Source: Ascoidea asiatica JCM 7603 (Eukaryota > Fungi > Ascomycota). From it: a stretch of 12,560 bases of DNA. Made by a program: the position numbers and the translations under genes. The stretch lies in contig BCKQ01000020.1 of NCBI GenBank assembly GCA_001600695.1, positions 168,116 to 180,675 of the forward strand, written 5' to 3'. Of the stretch, positions 8,474 to 12,560 are shown in pieces. Every line of letters starts with the position of its first letter. The stretch's first letter is position 1. Below the pieces are notes generated by a model. The model was not told the DNA's origin and did no database searches. It saw only the letters and a list, made by a program, of their open reading frames with translations.

Positions 8474-9607
8474 TTAAAAGTCTAATTCAACTGGACCACC
8501 AACAGAACAATATTGTCTCCAATCTTTAAATAAAATATCAATCATTAAATCATAAAATTGTTCATCATCAATAGAATTAATTAAAGTACCATTACCAGTT
8601 TTAACACCAGCTGTTGGAGCAAAATCAGCACCCCAAATTCTTAAATTACCATAAAATGGAGAATAAAATGAAGTATCAACTGCACAAGTAACATTAATTG
8701 AATCTGTAATTAATTCAGGAAGAACCATAAATGCAGCAGTTACTTCATCCCAGAATGGTAAAGTTTCTTGATCATTATTTTCACTATAATTACCAGTATA
8801 AACAATATCTTGAACAGCAGCAAAATAATCATTATCATCAATAACATCTAAACCACCAGCTTTTTCAATAATTCTATCATATAAAGCTTGAGATGGTACT
8901 AAATAATTAGTTACATTACCACCAATATATAATTCATTCCAATCTGCAGTTAAAACAATTTGAGCAGCTTCAGGATCTTGCATTAAATTTATATCAGTAT
9001 TAATATCAACTTGAATTGAAGAACCAACAGCAGCAGCATATTGAGTATCAATATAACCACCCATAATATATAAACCACCAGCTTCTTTTGCTAAATTTGG
9101 ATAAATACTTAAAGCTTGAGCAACAGTTGTCATCATTCCAGCAGCAAAAATTAAAACTGGATCAGTATCTTTATATTGTTTAACAGCATTAATTAAAGCA
9201 ATTGCACCTGGAATTGTATCATTATAAGTAATATTATCCCAAGAATAAGAATCTTCATAACCAGGAGCAAAAGCACCTTGCCAAACAAGTTCACCAAATA
9301 AAGATTCCCATAAATGAAAAGTATCATTAGTTCTTAATAAAGGTTGTTCAGCACCATTATAAAAAGGTATACAAGAAGTTAAATTATAAGTTTTTAAAAT
9401 ATCATAAGCACTACCAGCAGAATCAACACTTGAAGAACTACCAAAAGAAGTTGAAAGACCAACAACTTCATAACCTGCATAAAGAGGAAATAATAATTGT
9501 AAAGCAGCTAAACCATCATTTTCAATAAAAACTTTTTTAGATTGAATTAAAGTTGATAAAGAAATTAAAGAAGTTGTAATTGATAATAATTTTTTGAAAT
9601 TAAACAT
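8474..9607 (-). CDS. Secreted inosine/uridine-preferring nucleoside hydrolase family protein (377 aa)
   Basis: Signal peptide; fold motifs VVGLSTSFG, IPFYNGAEQPL, AAGMMTTVA (GPLTN equivalent), LYIMGG, INLMQDPEAAQIV, PFWDE (HD equivalent); many N-glycosylation sequons. Confidence 0.85.
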   Translation of the reverse strand: MFNFKKLLSITTSLISLSTLIQSKKVFIENDGLAALQLLFPLYAGYEVVGLSTSFGSSSSVDSAGSAYDILKTYNLTSCIPFYNGAEQPLLRTNDTFHLWESLFGELVWQGAFAPGYEDSYSWDNITYNDTIPGAIALINAVKQYKDTDPVLIFAAGMMTTVAQALSIYPNLAKEAGGLYIMGGYIDTQYAAAVGSSIQVDINTDINLMQDPEAAQIVLTADWNELYIGGNVTNYLVPSQALYDRIIEKAGGLDVIDDNDYFAAVQDIVYTGNYSENNDQETLPFWDEVTAAFMVLPELITDSINVTCAVDTSFYSPFYGNLRIWGADFAPTAGVKTGNGTLINSIDDEQFYDLMIDILFKDWRQYCSVGGPVELDF

Positions 9608-10489
9608 TTTTGATTCTATTTTTTATTATTCTATTTTTGATTCTATTTTTAATCTATTTTTTTTTTTTGTTTTGAATTACTATTATCAAAAAAGATTTGA
9701 GAACAAAAAAAAGGAAAGGGAAAAAAAAAAGAAAACTAAAATTGAAGATTGAAAAGTGAAAGACATTTTAATTGTATTTATATTTGTAATATATTTATGT
9801 GAATATGAATAACGATATGAATAATGATATGAATAATGATAGAAATAAAGTTTTTAAAAAATGTGAATAGATATTGAGAAATAAGAAAAAAAGAAAAGAA
9901 TTTAATCTAAATTGAGTTACTCATTCACCAAAAAAGAATTTTTTTTTTTTTTTTTCAATCAAAGATAATAATAATGCTTAATCAAAATGGTTATCTATGA
10001 ATATTAATTTTTCATATATTTTAAATTTTGAAATATTTTTTTTCTATAAGTAGTTAAATTAAGGTTGGAATTTTCTCTCAAGTGATAGAAACAAATTAAA
10101 GTTATTCATCATAAATAGTATTGGAAAAAAAAGAAGTAAATAACATAGTAAATAGTTTATAAAGTTAACATTAAAATAAGTTAATACTTGAATAAAAATA
10201 GGTTTGGTTTTAAAGGGCACAAAAAGGCAGCCAAGTTTATGGCTGCTTGATTTTCATCGAGTTAAGAGATTTTATTTAGATATCATTAAATTTCATTAAG
10301 GTTTATTTATTCAATTCTTGAATAAGAATATTGAAAATAAAAAAGAAATACAGTATATGAAATAATTCTATTAAAACATAGCTAAAATAACTCGATTAAA
10401 ATGATAAATTGAATAATTGAATGGATTTTAATTCATTTATAAAATTAACAACAATTTTCTTGCTTTTTCTCGGAGAAATAAAAATACTA

Positions 10490-11129
10490 ACAGGGCCAAA
10501 TCACGCGTGCTGAGATAATCCGAGAGGAGGTTTTCGAGGTGACAGTTTCCTGTTTCGGCGGTGGTCGGTTCTCTAGAGGTTTATCCGATAGCCCCTCGGT
10601 CGAGCCTCGGGGAATGTCTGATAGCTCGGGACACTGCATCCGAACGTAAAGGCCAGCCAGGTGCAGCAACGGGCATAGCCGCTTGCAAAGTTGCACAAAA
10701 GCGGCTTTTGACTGCCCGCACCGCCACTCATCTGCCACATTCACCAAATCAAGACACAAATAGAAGCAAAAGCTGTACAAATTGAAAGAAGAGAATCAGA
10801 CGAGGAAAAAGAAAAAGCAACAGGAACTGAAGATGAAGTAGAAACAGAAGCAACATCAAAGAAACAGAAGCAACCATTTTTGCTGCTGCAGAGGATTTCA
10901 AAGCAGTTTCTCTCGTTGCAAATCCACTTTCGGCCACTGCCGCGGCACCCCGGCACGGTTTTACAAAGAAACTCGAAATTTTCAGGCTTAAAACGATAAG
11001 CGATAAGGAGATGAAAAAAAAAACCCATTTTTAAAAACCCATTTGAGTATTGAAATAAAAATATAGACAATAATATTTTGATAGGGAACAGTAAATATAT
11101 CTTTCAATGTTTTTCTTTGATTTTTTTTG
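10490..11129 (+). ncRNA. Candidate structured non-coding RNA, possibly telomerase RNA; boundaries and strand tentative
   Basis: GC-rich island in an AT-rich background with many nested helices and no convincing ORF. TATAAAA at 10438-10444; template-like GCCAC-TCATCT-GCCAC at 10723-10738; Sm-like ATTTTTTTTG at 11120-11129 followed by GTAAGA. Confidence 0.4.
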
Positions 11130-11254
11130 GTAAGAAAAAGAAAATTTCAAATTGAAAAAATAACTATTTTATCATTTAAATAGATTTATCATTAAAAAAA
11201 TGTGTCCTCTTTTTCTTTCATGGTTCCTTTGATTGATTTTATTTGTAAAATTTA

Positions 11255-11335
11255 GGCAACATGGCCGAGTGGTTAAGGCGAAAGATTAGAAATCTTTTGG
11301 GTTTACCCGCGCAGGTTCGAGTCCTGCTGTTGTCG
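11255..11335 (+). tRNA. tS(AGA): tRNA-Ser(AGA), intronless
   Basis: Acceptor stem GGCAACA/TGTTGTC, A box TGGCCGAGTGG, anticodon arm AAAGA-TTAGAAA-TCTTT (AGA at 11288-11290), long variable arm GGGTTTACCC, B box GGTTCGAGTCC. Confidence 0.98.
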
Positions 11336-11336
11336 A

Positions 11337-11343
11337 TTTTTTT
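11337..11343 (+). terminator. RNA polymerase III terminator (T7)
   Basis: T-run immediately after the tRNA discriminator base. Confidence 0.85.
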
Positions 11344-11491
11344 ATTTAAATTTACATATTTAATTATTTAATCAATTTGAAAAATATTTAATTCAATTTC
11401 TTTTTTACAAATTATTATTTACAAATTATTTTTTTACAAATTACATTTTTAAATCATTATACATTTCCTAAATAATTGATAATTAAAGAAT

Positions 11492-11802
11492 TCATTCTCC
11501 AAGTCTATGACCTTTACCTTTAAAATTACTTCTAGTTAAATTTCTTAATAATCCACTACTCGAAGATTTATTCTGAGATTCTTTTTTATTAACACCAGTG
11601 CTATTACTTTCGGTATTACTATTACTATTACTATTATTATTATTATCTTGATCATCTAAATCTCCAAGTCTATAACCTCCTCTATTTTTTTTTAAATAAT
11701 TATATTTATTTCCTGCATATGTATGTGTTGGTAATAATGTATTTCTTAATGAAATTAACCAATCTGGTGCATTAAGAAATCCACCATCAATATATTTTTC
11801 AC

Positions 11803-11853
<51 letters not shown>

Positions 11854-12548
11854 CATTTTTAATAAAAAATTTATAATTTAAATAATGAATAAATGGACCA
11901 AAATTTCCATTTTCAAAACATCCATAAACATAACCTCCAATACAACCCCATAAAGATTCCCAGAATGCATTAAATCCACCTAATAATAATGAAAATGATA
12001 ATGTTGCCAAAGGTAATAATTCTCCTCTAATTGGTATGAACATATAATTAACTCTTGTATTTTTATTAAATCTTGACCATGTATAAATAAATGAACCAAG
12101 TAATGCACTTAATAAAGCTAATTTTTCTGTTAAAATTGTTGAAAATAATAATATTGGACATATAATAATAATATAATAAATATAATTTAAAGTAATATTT
12201 TTAAATTTATTAATTTCTAAAGATTTTCCATATGAATAAATCATATACATTGTAAATAATTGTTCCATTGGAATACCAGAAGCAATAAAAAATGCAGAAA
12301 ATGGTCTCCAAATTTGATATTTTTTAAAAATTGCAGGCCAATAACAAAGCCAAGTTGAAGAAGATATTAAACCTAAAGAATGTAAACCTTGTAAAGTTAA
12401 TGGACCAAGTAAAAATGTCCTTGTTACAGGAGGTATTTCTTTAATAAATCTTATTAAAATAAAATAATATATTTCATTAGTATTTTATCTTTATTATCTT
12501 ACTTTTGGATTATGATTGAATAAATACTTACTGACGTATTTCTGACAT
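11492..12548 (-). CDS. DFM1: Derlin-family Dfm1-like protein, copy B; complement(join(11492..12449,12532..12548)), 324 aa
   Basis: Intact inverted duplicate of copy A. Differs by K>R, I>T, two silent changes, N8>N16 and a 4-codon-shorter N/SN tract. Confidence 0.88.
12450..12531 (-). other. Spliceosomal intron of DFM1 copy B (82 nt)
   Basis: Exact reverse complement of 30..111. Confidence 0.85.
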
Positions 12549-12560
12549 TGTGATTATTTT

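Larger units (their letters stand above)
11492..12560 (-). repeat. Right arm of the inverted repeat
   Basis: Reverse complement matches 1..1057. The match ends at the TGA on the inner side and reaches the window edge on the outer side. Confidence 0.98.

Noticed and set aside
10227-10246. GCAGCCA-N6-TGGCTGC dyad
   Set aside because: An isolated 7-bp stem; possibly a factor-binding site, but no further support.
10485-10493. TACTAACAG (branch point plus 3' splice site)
   Set aside because: No canonical upstream GTAAGT/GTATGT donor or first exon was found, and the downstream frames close quickly. It is not excluded as part of ncRNA processing.
10490-10760. Identity as TPP riboswitch, SRP, RNase P/MRP, U1-U5 or U3
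   Set aside because: CTGAGA is present but the TPP P4/P5 core is not. The diagnostic conserved boxes of the other RNAs were not found on either strand.
10487-11070. Four ORF-track calls in the GC-rich island
   Set aside because: Non-ATG starts, mutual overlap, non-host codon usage and no motifs; stop codons are simply rarer at higher GC.
11401-11445. TTTACAAATTA x3 and similar short tandem repeats (1628-1668, 4283-4345, 4526-4556, 9612-9660) as CRISPR-like arrays
   Set aside because: No unique spacers; ordinary slippage duplications in an AT-rich eukaryotic genome.
1-12560. DNA transposon or linear plasmid with terminal inverted repeats; MAT locus
   Set aside because: The repeats are a host ERAD gene. 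No transposase, recombinase, protein-primed polymerase, HMG, alpha-box or homeodomain ORF is present.

Overview
Very AT-rich budding-yeast (Saccharomycotina-like) genomic DNA, with one-intron genes, poly-Asn tracts and a eukaryotic tRNA. The window is bracketed by two nearly identical inverted, inward-pointing copies of an intron-containing derlin gene (DFM1-like, two SHP boxes), at 1-1057 and 11492-12560. Identity stops exactly at the stop codons and runs to both window edges. The ~10.4 kb between them holds a secreted 8-Cys CFEM-like protein, an Emp46/47-like L-type lectin, two tandem paralogous small 3-TM genes (the second frameshifted in an A8 run), a compact velvet-domain gene, a secreted nucleoside-hydrolase-like gene with a degenerate active site, and tRNA-Ser(AGA). 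It also holds a GC-rich, highly self-complementary non-coding island (~10490-11130) with several telomerase-RNA-like hallmarks. Main leads: a possibly invertible segment whose repeats are whole genes, a 13-bp direct repeat at both inner junctions, the candidate structured/telomerase RNA, and a yeast velvet gene. All family calls come from motif recognition by eye; no database search was run.
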